Assembly: GCA_040954595.2 (NCBI GenBank)
Contig: CM082583.2
Coordinates: 10,553,656 to 10,617,655, forward strand
DNA: 64,000 nucleotides
Direction: 5' to 3'
Origin: Balanoglossus misakiensis
Taxonomy: Eukaryota > Animalia > Hemichordata
This document shows positions 23,566 to 37,200 of this stretch, in pieces (position 1 is the stretch's first letter; every line of letters begins with the position of its first letter). The notes beneath the pieces were generated by a model that was given only the letters and a program-made list of their open reading frames with translations, was not told the origin of the DNA and ran no database searches. The translations under genes and the position numbers were made by a program.

Positions 23566-26241
23566 ATCTACGTGTGGAAAAATAGTATTTTTAAAGACTA
23601 GAAGGCAACATTGTATTTCTAGTTAAAGTAAGAAGGAAACCTTTTCAGCAGATTAATTGGGGCTGTTTTGGAATGTAATGCACGTCATAGCGATGAAATA
23701 TTTAAATTCTGTAATTTGGTTTTGAGTTTTGACCATAACTTTCAGTTTCTGTTTGACCAATAAGGGCACCATTAATCCGCAAATTGTGGCATCGATTTCC
23801 TCTGAAAATGTGAAATGACGTTTTTGTTGTCCTTTCCCTTCGTATCACCGTGGTTACTGACGCAAACCTGTCCCCATTATTATCACCCTTCACTTCTCAA
23901 ACACATAATGCAGTGTGTTCCACATTGAATACTGTTGAATGAAATGTTAGACTGACTCCATAATGACAAAGATGGTTTCTATGGTAATAGCCCAGTTCAT
24001 TCCTGTTATTGAATTTGCATGCTGCTAGAATGCCATTGTCAGCATCTAATAGCACCCAGTATTTTGTAATTCCAGTAAAAGAGAAATTACATTATTGTAA
24101 AAATTCAAGCCCAATGGTCGTTGTCACACGAACCACATCACTGCCATTTCATTACTTTAGACTTTAAAATCATGAATGGTCAAAAACTACAGGTTCAAAA
24201 TATGGCCACAAATGTGTTTTTAATCAAATTACCCTAAATATTTGGACAAATATTTGGCATAAAACGTCATTAAAAAATAGGAAATTAAACGTGAAAACCT
24301 AGCTGCTGTTTGAGAGGCTTGCTTAATTTTTTTGGAAAAAGCCTGTTTACCAAGTGCTCAATACACATGTCTGGCCAAAATATCTCACCTTGTTTCACCA
24401 TGGTACAGTGTTCATGTGTCGATATATACATTGGAATCAGCTGAATTCAATCACACTCTTTGTGGAGAATTTTAATGAAACAATAATGTGTAATACACAC
24501 ACCCATGCCTTCTATTCACTGTTTGTATCATGTGGATTTTTATTTACATGTTTTGTATTTAGAAGTATTTAATGCTACTTGCATTCACACTAATAAAGGT
24601 ACATAGAAACACAAGTCTTTTTGTTCGATTTCATGAAAATAAGGAAGATTATGTTAAAGCTCCAGTAGGCTTAAACCCGACGGAAGAAGCATGCTGGCTC
24701 TGGAAGCATCAATATACACCTGTATCAGCGCCCTCTACAGTAATTGTATCCTCTGTACTTTTGTTTGCCATTTTAGTTGAGCCTGCTGGATAGACTGGAT
24801 AATCCGTCGCTTGAGGGTCTTTAATTTGTATGTGGTGGGAAGGATTAATCCTTGAAGTGTAGACGCTGTTTTGATCTGTTACTCTAAAGTAGGGATTGAG
24901 AAGAGACAACTTAACTGCAAAATTGGACAAACGTTTGTACAAAATTGCGTCTCCGACAGTTAAAACGTTTTTTTTTGAGCAGCCCTCCATGTGGCGATAA
25001 TAGATATATGTATATATGTATATGTATATTTACTTGCATTGTTAGGATAATGACTCGGAGAAGTTCATTGAAAGTTGACCTCATACGGGACATGCACAGT
25101 CACCATTGAAAATCAAATATAGGATCACTGGTGTGAATTCGCAAAAGAAAACTCGGTGTTCTGACGTCGCTTTGAACACGTACGCTCCATTGAAGATGGA
25201 CAATGCATGGCCTCTATTTCGGTATATGTCAGGGGCTCCCTACAACGTCATAGTATCAACAGAAAAACAACACGTCGTATCCAACACACTCATATATCGT
25301 ACACAATCAACATTCGTGCCGCAGGTAAGCAAGGTACTACATGTACTACACCATGTTAAGTTTTTGCCGTCTGATCTGATTTCGTTTCAGTGACTTGAAG
25401 TTCGGAACCAAGTCCTTTTAGTGTCCGCTAACTTTCCGAAGCAGGTCGCCTGGTGAAAAACTGGGATGTGACATACTTTTGAGTTCTACAAACATAATTA
25501 AAAGCTTTCATGAGCACGGTCACTCCACACACGGCCAATCGTGTGGAAAAACCTCGTGCTTAATACCTACGTGTGTATCTTGGTGTAGGCACAGGTAGGC
25601 CTTAAGTTTAACAACTTGGAGTTACATATTGTCCAGTGGCCACGGCCGTCATCCTAGCACGACATTAATTTCCAGCGTTTTTATGCCATATAGATTAAGA
25701 AAGTAGATCATGTGTTAACGGAAAATAGAAAGGGAGAGACAGGCATAAAGTAAATACACCTTTTACGCACGGAACAAGATTTGATTGTTTCTTCTATTGT
25801 CTGTGGTTTAACGTCATAGATTGTGCGCTTTCTAAACGTGCTTTTCATTTTGAATACATGGCGACCGGTTCAATCAGATACACGAAGCAGAACGGGCATC
25901 TCGAATCACCAATGCCATTATTTGTCTCCGGCTAAAATATAAAAAGACTTTCGGACACACCTTTACTCGCAACGCCCGCTCTTTAGCTATGTGTCATGGG
26001 GCCACATTTTACGCGACCGCTTGACCCTTCGCAATTTCCCCAGGCCAACCCCCTCATCTTGTGCGTGTTTTAACTTACAGGTCACAATTACTATCGACAC
26101 GATAAAGGCGAAAACTTTGTCGTTGCGGAATGGAGTGAAAGGCGGTGCTTAGTTTCAGAGCTGTGAACAACACCAGGTCCCGCAGAAGTAATTTTGCGCT
26201 GCAAAGATTACTGGTACTTTGAATGATATTAACATTTAACA

Positions 26242-29200
26242 ATGGAATTGAATAACACCGCTGGAAACGCGGCCCTGACGACCTCCTCTGATGGACAAGC
26301 CCAAGGAGGCGGTTCTAAAAAACAGGAGAATGGACCCATCAAACAAGTTGCCATCGACTTCAGCCAGAACACCACGGCTCATGGCATAGCCAGGCTGGTT
26401 GCTGCCGACTCGGCTTACCTCAAATTCATATGGTTCTGCATCTGTGGTCTGTGTTGGGGAGTTTTCCTTTGGCAAGCTTTGGTGTCCATTCAAAATTACT
26501 TCGCATACGATGTGTCTTACGACATTTCAGTGGACTTCAGAATTCTGGAGTTCCCAGCCGTTACCGTGTGTAACATCAACCCAGTGCGGCAGTCCAAACT
26601 GACAGATCTGCCATTGGAGGTTCAGAATATACTGGCAGATTTAGGATTTCTTGATTTAAATACATCAGATAACAATGAAACGAATTTCGACTGGAATTAT
26701 GACATTCCTTCATCGGTTAGTAGATTATTATTGTTATTTATTATTATTATTATTACCAGTAGTGATAGTAAAAATAATAGCAGTGGTATAGAGGAAGCAC
26801 ATGAAATATTTTTTCGAAATGCAACTGTTATATTTCTCTTAAATCTGATTTTAAACCGTATGTTAAATCTATCTATATACCTATGTATGCATTTATCTCT
26901 CTCTCGCTGTCTTTCCTTCATTCCTTCCTTCTCTCCCCTCCCTCACCTTTTATTTCTTTCGTGTTATTTTTCATAATTGTAGGAATTTGAAGAAAGCTGG
27001 TGGAATGACGGAGAAGACTACGACGAGTATGACGCCGACTATTTGCAGGAGGCCAATTTGACAACAATTATAATGTCTCGTCTAACAGATGAAATGAGAG
27101 CGAACGTAGGTCACCAAAAGAACGATTTCATCCTGGATTGCATGTTTAACGGAGCGAAATGTTCGCCTAAGTAAGTTAGATCATGCGTTCCTATTTTCCT
27201 AACAACCGAGGAATATGCTGAGAACGTTTTCCATGAATCAGTAGGCCTAATACTGTTTGTTTGGCTCCAAGCGTGTACCTTCTGTTAACAAGGGTGGAAT
27301 GTAAAGTGTCATTCTCTGGTTGTCTTACTGAGAAACTTTAAACATTTCTTTTCAGTAATTTTACTCTGGTGCAAAACAAGAAATACGGCAATTGTTATTC
27401 CTTCAATATCGGACGCTCCACTACAGATTTTCTCATCTCGTCAAGGCCTGGTCCCGCAACAGGTGAGCACACCCTCTATTTGCGCATGTCCAGGAACATG
27501 TAAGCAAGACAAGCACGCCACCTAGTGTCGCGTCACTGCTGGCCAATAGTCATATTTTTCTCACGTGCCAACATAAGGTATACTTGTGGTTTTTTTTGCT
27601 ATGGATAGATCTCAGCCATTTGTCGTAATCTTGTTCAGTAAACTGAGGTTTAGGCACTGCTTGCGTATTTTATTTTCTTGTTTTAGTCAACACCATTCGT
27701 TGCCTATTTCTGCCGCTGGCTGCGCTGTGGTACCCTTTCTCGCACCAACGTGGCCAGCAGCGGAAGTGCAGCAGGGGACTGATTACACTATCATTGATTT
27801 TACAGGTCTCCAGTTAACACTTTTTATCGAAGAAGATGAGTATTTGTACGGCTACACGGAAAGTGTAGGGGCTGTGGTTTTGCTTCATCCACATCGAAAT
27901 GTGCCATTTCCGGATGAGAACGGAATAGAAGTGCCGCCTGGATTTTCCACTTCAATTGGTGTACGCTTAGTAAGTCAAGTTACACTTGCAATATTACCCT
28001 AGGGATGTAAATCCAAACCAAAATTGACGATATATGATCGTCTATTTACACGTGAGCCCGAGGCCTTAAGATGCATTGCACGCAATGCTGAGTAACTTAG
28101 CATAAACATGTATGTCTGCCCTGAGGACAGCTTAGAGATATTGCTGCCCTCAGAGCAGTTTGTTAATTATTTTCCCAATTTACTTTTTAGTCAGAAATAA
28201 AGAGATTGGCCGGTAACTTTGGCGACTGTCTCAATGATTGGCCTGAGTCGACCGTTTTTGAAGACTATGAGTATTCCGTCGAGGTAAGCACACCCATACA
28301 CCCCTAACTTTACACAATAGTATTGTTCATCTAGGATGACACAGTAAGGAGGATGTGTGTTCCTGTGTAAACAGAATTTCTGATTTCCGAGTTATCTTTA
28401 GGCCAATTGTTCCATATAAATGAAGAGTTGTGACATGTTTCCTGGTGTTGATCTGTTTCTTTCACATCCAGGCATGTCGGAGAAATTGCTACCAAACAAC
28501 ATTAATAGAAACATGCGACTGTCATGACCCAGTGTTGCCACGTGGCAACTTTAGCAGTACATTAGCATGTGGCAGTGGTTCAGGTCTTGGTAAGTGATAA
28601 TTTCGAATGAAATGCACACACACATACACGCACACACATAAGCAAAATTCTTGCATCTTCTAAAAAGATGCACTCTGTACATATCATTCATGTTACCACT
28701 TAAACTACAACTGCACCAACTGAGCCAGTTACTGATCTTTGATGTTTTCTCCTGGCATACCACTGTCAGTCACAGTTTATTATTCAGACAATGATACTGG
28801 CTTGATGAAGATATTCCTGGTACCCATTCATACATGTATTTCCTGTGGTCATGCGGTTAATTTGCTTCATTATAGATTGCATGAATGAAATCCACAGAAA
28901 GTTTATTGCTGATGCACTTGGATGTAAAGACGAGTGCCCTCAACGATGTGGGTGAGTATGGCAACTCTCCATGTCTACCTGCGGGTCTGTCTGTGTGTGT
29001 GTTTGTTGGTCTGCCTGCCTGAGCGCCTTTCTGCCTGTCTAGGCTTGTATGTTTGTATGTCTCTGTATAAAGACCCATTCATCATTTTATTTTCGTTTTA
29101 TGCTCTTCAAATATTGCTGAGTCGTCGATGGTATAATACTTACGATGAAGCCAGCAGGTGATGTTACAAGTTTAGGTTTATGTACACAGACACACATTTC

Positions 29201-30018
29201 AGACTGTCATTGGTGTCAACCAGAAAGTCAGTCATTTGGACATGCATCAACTCTCAGCCAAAAGCATGTGAACATCTATAACACTGGTGTAATTTTTCTA
29301 ATTTGTACACAGGGACGAATCTTATAAAGAGTCTCTCTCGATGTCTGTGTGGCCATCTGAATCGTACGGCGATAGACTCTTCCAATCACTCAGCAGACGA
29401 AACAGAAAGGTTACACAACAGTTAGGTTCGCTAGAAGAAGCAAGGTATCACTGTTCTCATTTTGGAGTAATCTTACTGCTATAGATTGAAGAAGCTTGTC
29501 AAGGCTTCTGTGGGAAGGAATGATACTTTTGTCCAGTGATGTAAACGGTTATATTGACAGAATACTAATATTGCTACATTTTTTGTTTATTTTACAGACG
29601 AAATCTGCTGCAATTAAAGATATTTTATCAGGAACTGAATTATGAGAGCATCAAAGAAAAACCTGCATTAACCGTAAGTCTCATACTCTGACACATCAGA
29701 TAGTTCCAGCTAAGAACATTATCCTCTGTAGTTGTATTTTATTGCAGAGCCGACAGACAAATTATTGCTTATTGCAACCCTCATTTGCTCATTTGAATAC
29801 TGAAATTCGCAAAAAAGTAACAAAGTCATTGTGTGTTAATTTTCTGTCCTTTACCCTAGGGCGTGGGATTGCTGAGTAACTTAGGTGGTCTGATTGGACT
29901 CTATATTGGTGCGTCTGTCATATCCTTATTCGAGTTCTTGGAATTTATCATCACTATAATTGTCATGGCAACTAGGAAAGCACGCAAAGCAGGACAAATT
30001 TCCAATCTGCCAACCTGA
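26242..30018 (+). CDS. DEG/ENaC (amiloride-sensitive sodium channel / ASIC-like) subunit, 10 exons, 528 aa
   Basis: Exons 26242-26715, 26983-27170, 27356-27462, 27806-27969, 28191-28283, 28472-28589, 28876-28951, 29313-29444, 29598-29673, 29860-30018 (1587 nt, phases consistent). Motifs: pre-TM1 TTAHG, TM1, FPAVTVCNINP, YGNCYSFN, GLQLTLFIE, 10-Cys thumb, and TM2 LLSNLGGLIGLYIGASVISLFE (GAS filter). Confidence 0.93.
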
Positions 30019-30053
30019 AGTCCCAGGTGAATTGTGATTCAAGGGTTTCCGAA

Positions 30054-30119
30054 GTCCCGCACTGAACAAGAGTCATCCCGGCACAGATGTCCCGCACTGT
30101 ACAAGAGTCATCCCGGCAC
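30054..30119. repeat. Tandem duplication, 35-bp period, in channel 3'UTR
   Basis: gtcccgcactgaacaagagtcatcccggcac (30054-30084) is repeated at 30089-30119 with one mismatch. Confidence 0.85.
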
Positions 30120-32839
30120 TTATCTGAACAGCGTGGCTTCCAATTCCAACGACATGTTCACTGATAATCACCACATAGTCATGAGTGCAACTTCTTGACT
30201 TTTACGTAGAAAGGCGCGCGTGCAAGCTGTTACACGATATTCTGTCGTCTATTAGACCTTTGTGCCAAAGTAAGCTTTAGTATACACATTTCATCCAAAT
30301 TTGGACAATCTGACCGAAAGTGGTTTCTGAGAAAAAATATCACCATTTGCTCGTTCTATTGGATTCAAGTATTCTGTTATCGCACATCCTCCATTCATTT
30401 TACGCTTTGCGTCATCAGATTAACTGTTTTTCAGCGTGCCAACGATTTTTTAAGCTTTGCCTTCAAGGTTCTTCTAACTCTTCTTTCTTTCCTTGCGTTG
30501 GCCGCGGCATTATAACACGATAACACTTTTCAAATCCGGTATCCTCAGGGAAGAGTAGCGTTTAAGTGTCAAAACTATGTTGACATTTTCCTTGCATTCA
30601 CGTCATCGTGTGCAATTTTTTTTGGTTGAAAGCGTTTGGCATTGTATTCTGTGAACATCATATACTCTCTAAAGACCGCATTGCCGTACACTATACATCT
30701 GTGCCTGTGGCAAAGATTCTGAACATCCTATCATTCGAGATTCGAGTTCGAATACGTCAAGCCAAGTTTTAATTTCAATAGCAATGTTACAAGCTGAATA
30801 CATGTTTGTTCACAGTCCCCGGCATCGTGACTCAATTTATTAACCTCGATTTAGATATTTTTCTTGCCATAGGTGCCTTTTAAACATTAATGTCAACCCG
30901 TTTTCGTGATTATCTTTCTGCTCAGAAGCAAATTTAATGTTATAACATTTAATTTATACGAATAGTTATCATTAATGTTCATTTTAGTATGTCAGTTAAA
31001 TTTTTAAATAACACCGCGTATAGAATTCAAAGAACGCGAGAAAGCAAAAAAGATGAGGTCCTTCAATTCACCTAGCTGTTATCGTTACGCCTAAACACAA
31101 AGTGGGGGAAAAGGTTTGACATTTCCACAATCGTAGTTTACCTAGGTTATTTTGGGGTGAGGCAAAGATTGTGTGGTCGCTGGTCGGACATTTTCTTTTC
31201 AGACGTCTTTTTTCCTTTTGTCATCAAAAGTTACAGTTATTTGTATTATTTGCTTCGTTTCATAACATCTATAGTACGATTTTGATGCCATTGTAATGCT
31301 TATCTCCACTTTCACATTGATTCCTGTGTACATTACGATTCCAATTACTATACCGCATTTATTCGGCTTTAAAAGGTTTCGGATAGCCAGGTAAAATAAC
31401 GCTAGGTCGGGTTACAGGAAGAACACGTATATGCCATGCCTGATATTAATGGATTTTCTTTCATGAAACGGCGATCAAAATTGCAAGCGGAGATAACTCG
31501 CCTACCCTTTTACCACATCATAGTGTTGTAAGGGAAGTTTTAGTATCTTTCGCGCCAGAAGTATTACGTTATACGCCAAATGGGCGCCACTAGTATAATT
31601 CACAATCTCTATTCAATATTACACCAGCCAACGGACCGGACATTTTGACTCTTATCTTTGGCATGGGACAGCTGAACAGAGAACGATTTCGCCGACTAAT
31701 CTCAAGAACTGATTCAAATGTGGCTTACATCTAGAGATTTTAAATGGCACACACAGGCTTAGAATTTTGGTTATACAGACTGTACTATCAGTGCCATGTT
31801 GATTAACTGCTTATTCGTTTCGTGTACCAATGGTTCATTCACTCTTTTTTTATCACACAACAAAACTTCATTATCAGTATCAATTTACTTGCAATTTGAC
31901 TATGATTTACCAGGCACGGTTATCGTTACATTCCTTCCGGCAACGTATTCATTAACTTTGAACGAAGTGCAGAGGTTTTAATATATCATTTTCGAGCTTG
32001 GCGTACATTTCCGTTTTCTCATTAAACTGAATTAGGAAGAATGAAATCCTACATCAACTCGTGATTTGCAAACAAATGAGGTGACTCTCCCCCCCCTCCA
32101 ACTTCATCACGACATATTGTGTGAATAAACGCAATTAGGGCACTCTCACGCAACATTGACCACCATCATCATTGTCGTTTGTATACTACGTATTGATTTG
32201 TACCAATCGCTCGAAGCGTAGTAGTACATGTACTTTAGCCGTCATGCAGTCAGTAACGAGCGATACTCAAACACGACCTTCTGTGATTGGTCGAATCTGC
32301 TCATATGGCCCGGATCCAAATTGACCATGTTTATCACGAAATGTATATATATAACATTCACATAGAAGGCAGCTATGCCGGTCACGCCCATGTCTAATCA
32401 TCTTTTTTTTCTGAAGCGCGAATCAATTTATTTAGCAGTCTTTTCATACGACTAAATGTCACCATTTGGTGAGCAATAATCTATTTTCAGGACTGCCGGA
32501 TGTGAACTGAACATTCTGCACAATTACTGTTTAAAACCTAAAAAAAGAATTTCTAGATGATATGCAGGTTTGTTGAGTTTTCATAACTCCTGAAGTTAGT
32601 TAAATTGCCGATGTATGAGGAAAGGTCACTAAAACGTGAACTTCTGTGAGTTTGTACTCGCATCGCGCAAGAACAAAGATGAGATTGCTGGATATTTTTC
32701 GTGTTGTGAATATTGTTATGGAACTGCTGTTTTGTATGGTTTAACTCGCGTGATGGTATTACCATGGTGACGTTACCGAGTTGGCTTTTGGGGATAGGGG
32801 TTTCCCTTTCTCGCCCTTGATGAGCGACCATGGCCCGTT

Positions 32840-33380
32840 ATACACCAATCAGAAGCGGCCGCGTTTTGGGTCACGTGATTAGCCATTTTAGCATATTTAG
32901 GGCCTACGTGGCTCTGTTGAAGACGCTACTTCAAGTTTCCTCTCTTAGTGACTTTTCCTTAGTTAGTCCGCCTTATGGCTACCAGATAGCCAGCCCGGGG
33001 TCACCGCTCCCGAGGTCTAAGTCGTGTTTATCATAGCAGTTCGGTGAGGGGCTGATATTTTCGTCAAGACGCGTGCTTTCCGGCGAGTTCCAACCGCCGT
33101 GTTACAACGTCATGTTAGGCTATATATAGAGTTAGAGACAGCGCTGTTCGCTGTTCGTGTGAAAGCCTCGTGCGGGTCCGTATAGGCTATCAGATTTCAG
33201 AGGCGGACCGTTCGAGTGTCCGTCACACTTGGTGGCATCTGCGGGATTGTGAGGGCAACTTTATTGATGTTTTTTGTTGACTGAGTTGTGTACAAAAAGA
33301 GGCCGAAAGAGTCTAAGGGTGTTACTGTTGAGCTCTGGGCACCGTACTCCTCACGGGATCTGTTAACTCAGGTCAGTGCA
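32840..33380 (+). promoter_or_regulatory. CpG-rich promoter-like island, possibly with a non-coding exon
   Basis: CCAAT (32845), TCACGTGA E-box (32871-32878), YY1-like GCCATTTT (32882-32889), TATATATA (33121), dense CpG, and a donor-like CAG|GTCAGT at 33371/33372. Confidence 0.4.
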
Positions 33381-33802
33381 ACACGCTCACCCTTGGACTT
33401 TAGTATCGCCTTCCCTTTTCTGTGGTTAGAGAGCTATATAGTGTTCATTTAGGCATTCATCGTCCGATCAGATCTCTGTTTCCGAATTTTTAGGTTGTTG
33501 TTTTTACATAAAAAAGCATTGTGTCCGGTAAATTGCATCATAGCTATTTATACAAAGGGGGGGGGGGTGTTTTAAACAAGAGGGTTTAATTTACCGTCAT
33601 GTCATTCTGAAGACTTGAAAACTCCGCTCGTTTCATTGTGCAAAGAGAGGAGGCCAGGCAGGGGTCGGTAGATGTACGTTTCCCCAGGTACAGTTGTCGA
33701 AATTCAATGGGAACGATCAGTTTGTGTCAATGGCAAAACAACTTCAAACATTTAGGCAAAAGTTTGGGGAAAGGGTAAAACGATTTTAGGTAGTGTCCAT
33801 TA

Positions 33803-34238
33803 GGGACCGTTCAGTTTTTACAGCCCGGGGGTCACTTTTATTTTAAAATCCAAAGGGGGGGGGGGGGGTATTTTTTAAACATATGGGGGGGGGGTTCATA
33901 CTTTTGCCACCAATTCTGCTAACTATTGTATTGATTTGTCATTTTACTTTACTCATAGATTTCTTTAATGCAACACTATACTGTTATACACTTCAATTAT
34001 AAATTTCTTTGAGAAATTTTTAATTGAGGTGTGGGGAGCCTCTTTCCCTTTATTGCATACAGTGTACATAAGATCAGGATGGTGAATGTTTTAATGGGGT
34101 TCACCATATTTTTGCCTGTCACAGGGGGTCATCATTTCATCATTTTTTGGTGAATGGGGGGGGGGAGAGTCTACCTGATTTTGAAAACTGATGACAGACT
34201 TGCCCCCCCCCCCCCGCCGTAAAAAAATGAACGGTCCC
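33803..34238. mobile_element. PIF/Harbinger-type (Tourist-like) MITE (436 bp)
   Basis: TIRs GGGACCGTTCAGTTTTTAC and GTAAAAAAATGAACGGTCCC, TTA target-site duplication at 33800-33802 and 34239-34241, and internal G/C homopolymers. Confidence 0.8.
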
Positions 34239-37200
34239 TTACACCTAAGCATGACATGATGGACAGCGCCCTCATGCGGCAGTAATACCTGAGGTGCTTT
34301 CATATCAGGGTCAAGACAATTCTCTGTCTCTATCATTGATGGGAAATGTTTCTTGGGGTTCACTTGACCATGTTGGACAATCAGTAAATAGCATTTACTT
34401 TGTCAAAACTTTGAACTCTGAAGATCCTTACATCAGAAAAACTGCCTCCTCACTTGGCACAGATGCCCCCATTACATAATACTTTGTAATTAGGGAGGAA
34501 CCCCTACTGAAATTTGTACATACAGCAAATTCCTGCATGTTTACATAACTGGCTAAATGTTCTATTTGGTGTATGTACAGTACACATGGCATTGGCAGCT
34601 TATGGGTCTGTCAGTGTTTGCCTGTGTGTGTGTGTGTCAGTCTGTCTCTATATGTACTTCAGTGTACACTTTTTCTTGTGTTATCCCTAAATGGGACCAC
34701 AGTGTCCTTGATGGGATTTTTATGCAAGTCTATCAAATAAATACCATGCTGTGAAAACAGTGTGTTTTACTCATACACGTTATATGGGTGCTATGCATCT
34801 GTAATGACATGTTTTATACTGTATATATATTATGTGCTGAATTTTAGATTGATATCAATCAGCTTTATTGTATGCTCAACTGGAATACAAGTGTCCTTGT
34901 CCTAGTGGCCACTATTCATTCAGGTCATATGAATTCAGTAGTCTCTTTCTTGCAATTTGCCATAAATTCCACCATGATTAAAATATTCTCAGTAGCATAT
35001 TTTCATTGTGTATTAATGAAACCATATTGGTTTTTTACTACCCACAGTTAATTGCATGAGACTATGTTAAATTACCTGTGTGTGTTATGGGAAGGCCTCT
35101 TATGATGGGGATAACTGTCAAATATTTTTGAAATTTAAACCGCTGTTTGGCATATCACATAGACATATATATATATATTCTAAGTGACAATGCGCAACCT
35201 TAAAATAGTTTTCCATAGAAGTGAACTCTCCCTGTTGTCATTTATAGCTAGATTCATATCACACGTACATGAAGCATCGATTGAAAACAGGTGATCCTTT
35301 ATCTTGTCTGTCTATTGTCTGCATAACAAGCTATCAACTACAAAATTAAATAATAAATGTCTTCAATAAACATGCGATACCATCCAATTAGAATCCGTTA
35401 GACTATGATCATACAAATAACCAGGTCATTGTATGCGCTGCAATAATCCACCTGAAATATTAATGTACAGTGGAGGTCCTGGCACAAAAGTAATTTTCTC
35501 TAAGTGTAATAAGTTCCAACGCATCACTGGAGAATTTTATTAGTAAAACATCATGAAGCATACTGAGGGTGTGGAGGCACTGCTAACAATTGCCAAAGGA
35601 AGAATTATTTATAAGAGTCCAGTTTTCAAGACAGGTTGAAAATGCCTGCTTTTTGGTGCATAGCGATGAATTGTGATGTTAGTTAGTGAATTTGTTATGT
35701 TAGTTTTATTCTTTTAGTTTGTCTTTTCACAAATCATATTTATTTATTTTTCTGGTTGAACTGATTGAGTGATTACGGTAGGACACAATTATATCAATAA
35801 GTAAGACAGAACTGTAATGATAGATGCTTCAGGGCATTTTAGAAAACAGAATGACACAAATGACAGATCAAATGATGTGAAAAGATACTGATCAGAGTCA
35901 AGAAATTTTGTCTTGGAAAAGGAAACATTTCCCCTGTTAAAACTAAAGAGATCAAAACATTTATTCACCTGCAATAAGGACCTATCATGTTTGAATGATG
36001 ACCATAAACACACAACACAGCGTTAATGGCTAATCTTTTCTCAGTTTATAAAAATAACTTTATTATTTTTGCTACCTACAATTATTCACACATATGCTAC
36101 ATGACACTTAATGGGTTCTCCATTTGATCTGCCCATAAATCTACTATTGACATGGGATGTGACCTCTGAACCCATTGTAACAAGATGAAATGGATGTCTT
36201 CATGCAATGTGACTTTCATTGACACATAAAAGTTCAATTTTTCACTAAAATAAAACTGGTGGTGGTTTTTGTACCATTGTTACTCACAAATGAATGTGAT
36301 CATGGAAAGGTGTTTGCCCTTGATTTTAGAAAAGCACACACATTTTATGGTCATGTGAAAATAGAATCTCACACATTTTTTGTCTATCGCCATGTGCTGT
36401 GTGAGACAAAAACCCCAACTTGTGTAAGAGATCTAATCCTAGGTCCCTGGGGTGTAAGATTCTATTGATCTTGTATAACGCTGACATGAATCAAGCACAT
36501 AATGACACGGTTGAGACACCACTTAGATCACATAAACCGACTCACACTCGCTGAAAATGTTCCAATTCTCGAGGTACCATCAAACAATGTACGCGCTGTA
36601 TTCAGTATCAGATTGCTAGCCTCTTCAAGTGACTAGCTTTGCTATACAACTGATAATATTCAAGACACTATCAAATGATTTTCTTTCAAAAGAATACCAA
36701 GCAGCGTACTTGAAATTCACACACGTATGAAAGTAAAAGATAAGCGCACATTGCCAACACCAATATATCTTGCTAATCGCCACTAGTAAGTATATTGTGT
36801 ACCAAAGACATGGATGAATAAATCAGTGCTGAAATTGTCTTCCTGCGCACGTTCCGTTTTCTTGAAATATGAGACCATGTTAGCTGAAGTATCAAACAGG
36901 ATGTTCGCGCTCTGAAAAGATGTGCGTATTTATGACAAACATGGGAACAAACTCACTTCTGGCGTCAAATTGAAACGATTGATTTGGAAGGAGAGAATGG
37001 AGACTGCCATTAAATATAGCATCAGGGAATATATTCTCTGAATAAATTAGAAAAACATCTGATATATACCCAACAAAGAAACTCACAAAATTTATGGAGT
37101 CTCAGAACTCATGATACCTGAGAACTCCGTAAATCTGTACTGTACATTGTTAGAATTTTAAGTGTTTATACATTAATTAACTACTTTTTTCCACCGGAGT

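Noticed and set aside
33150-33375. Resemblance to the RNase MRP RNA 5' end (GTTCGTG..TGAA..AGCCT/AGGCT) or to telomerase RNA
   Set aside because: The conserved GAAAGTCCCC / GGGGCT P4 elements are absent, and there is no CTAACCCT template.
37090-37134. Imperfect 16-bp hairpin atttatggagtctcag / ctgagaactccgtaaat
   Set aside because: Related ctccgtaaaa words recur nearby, so it is most likely a decayed repeat. It is too short for a pre-miRNA call.
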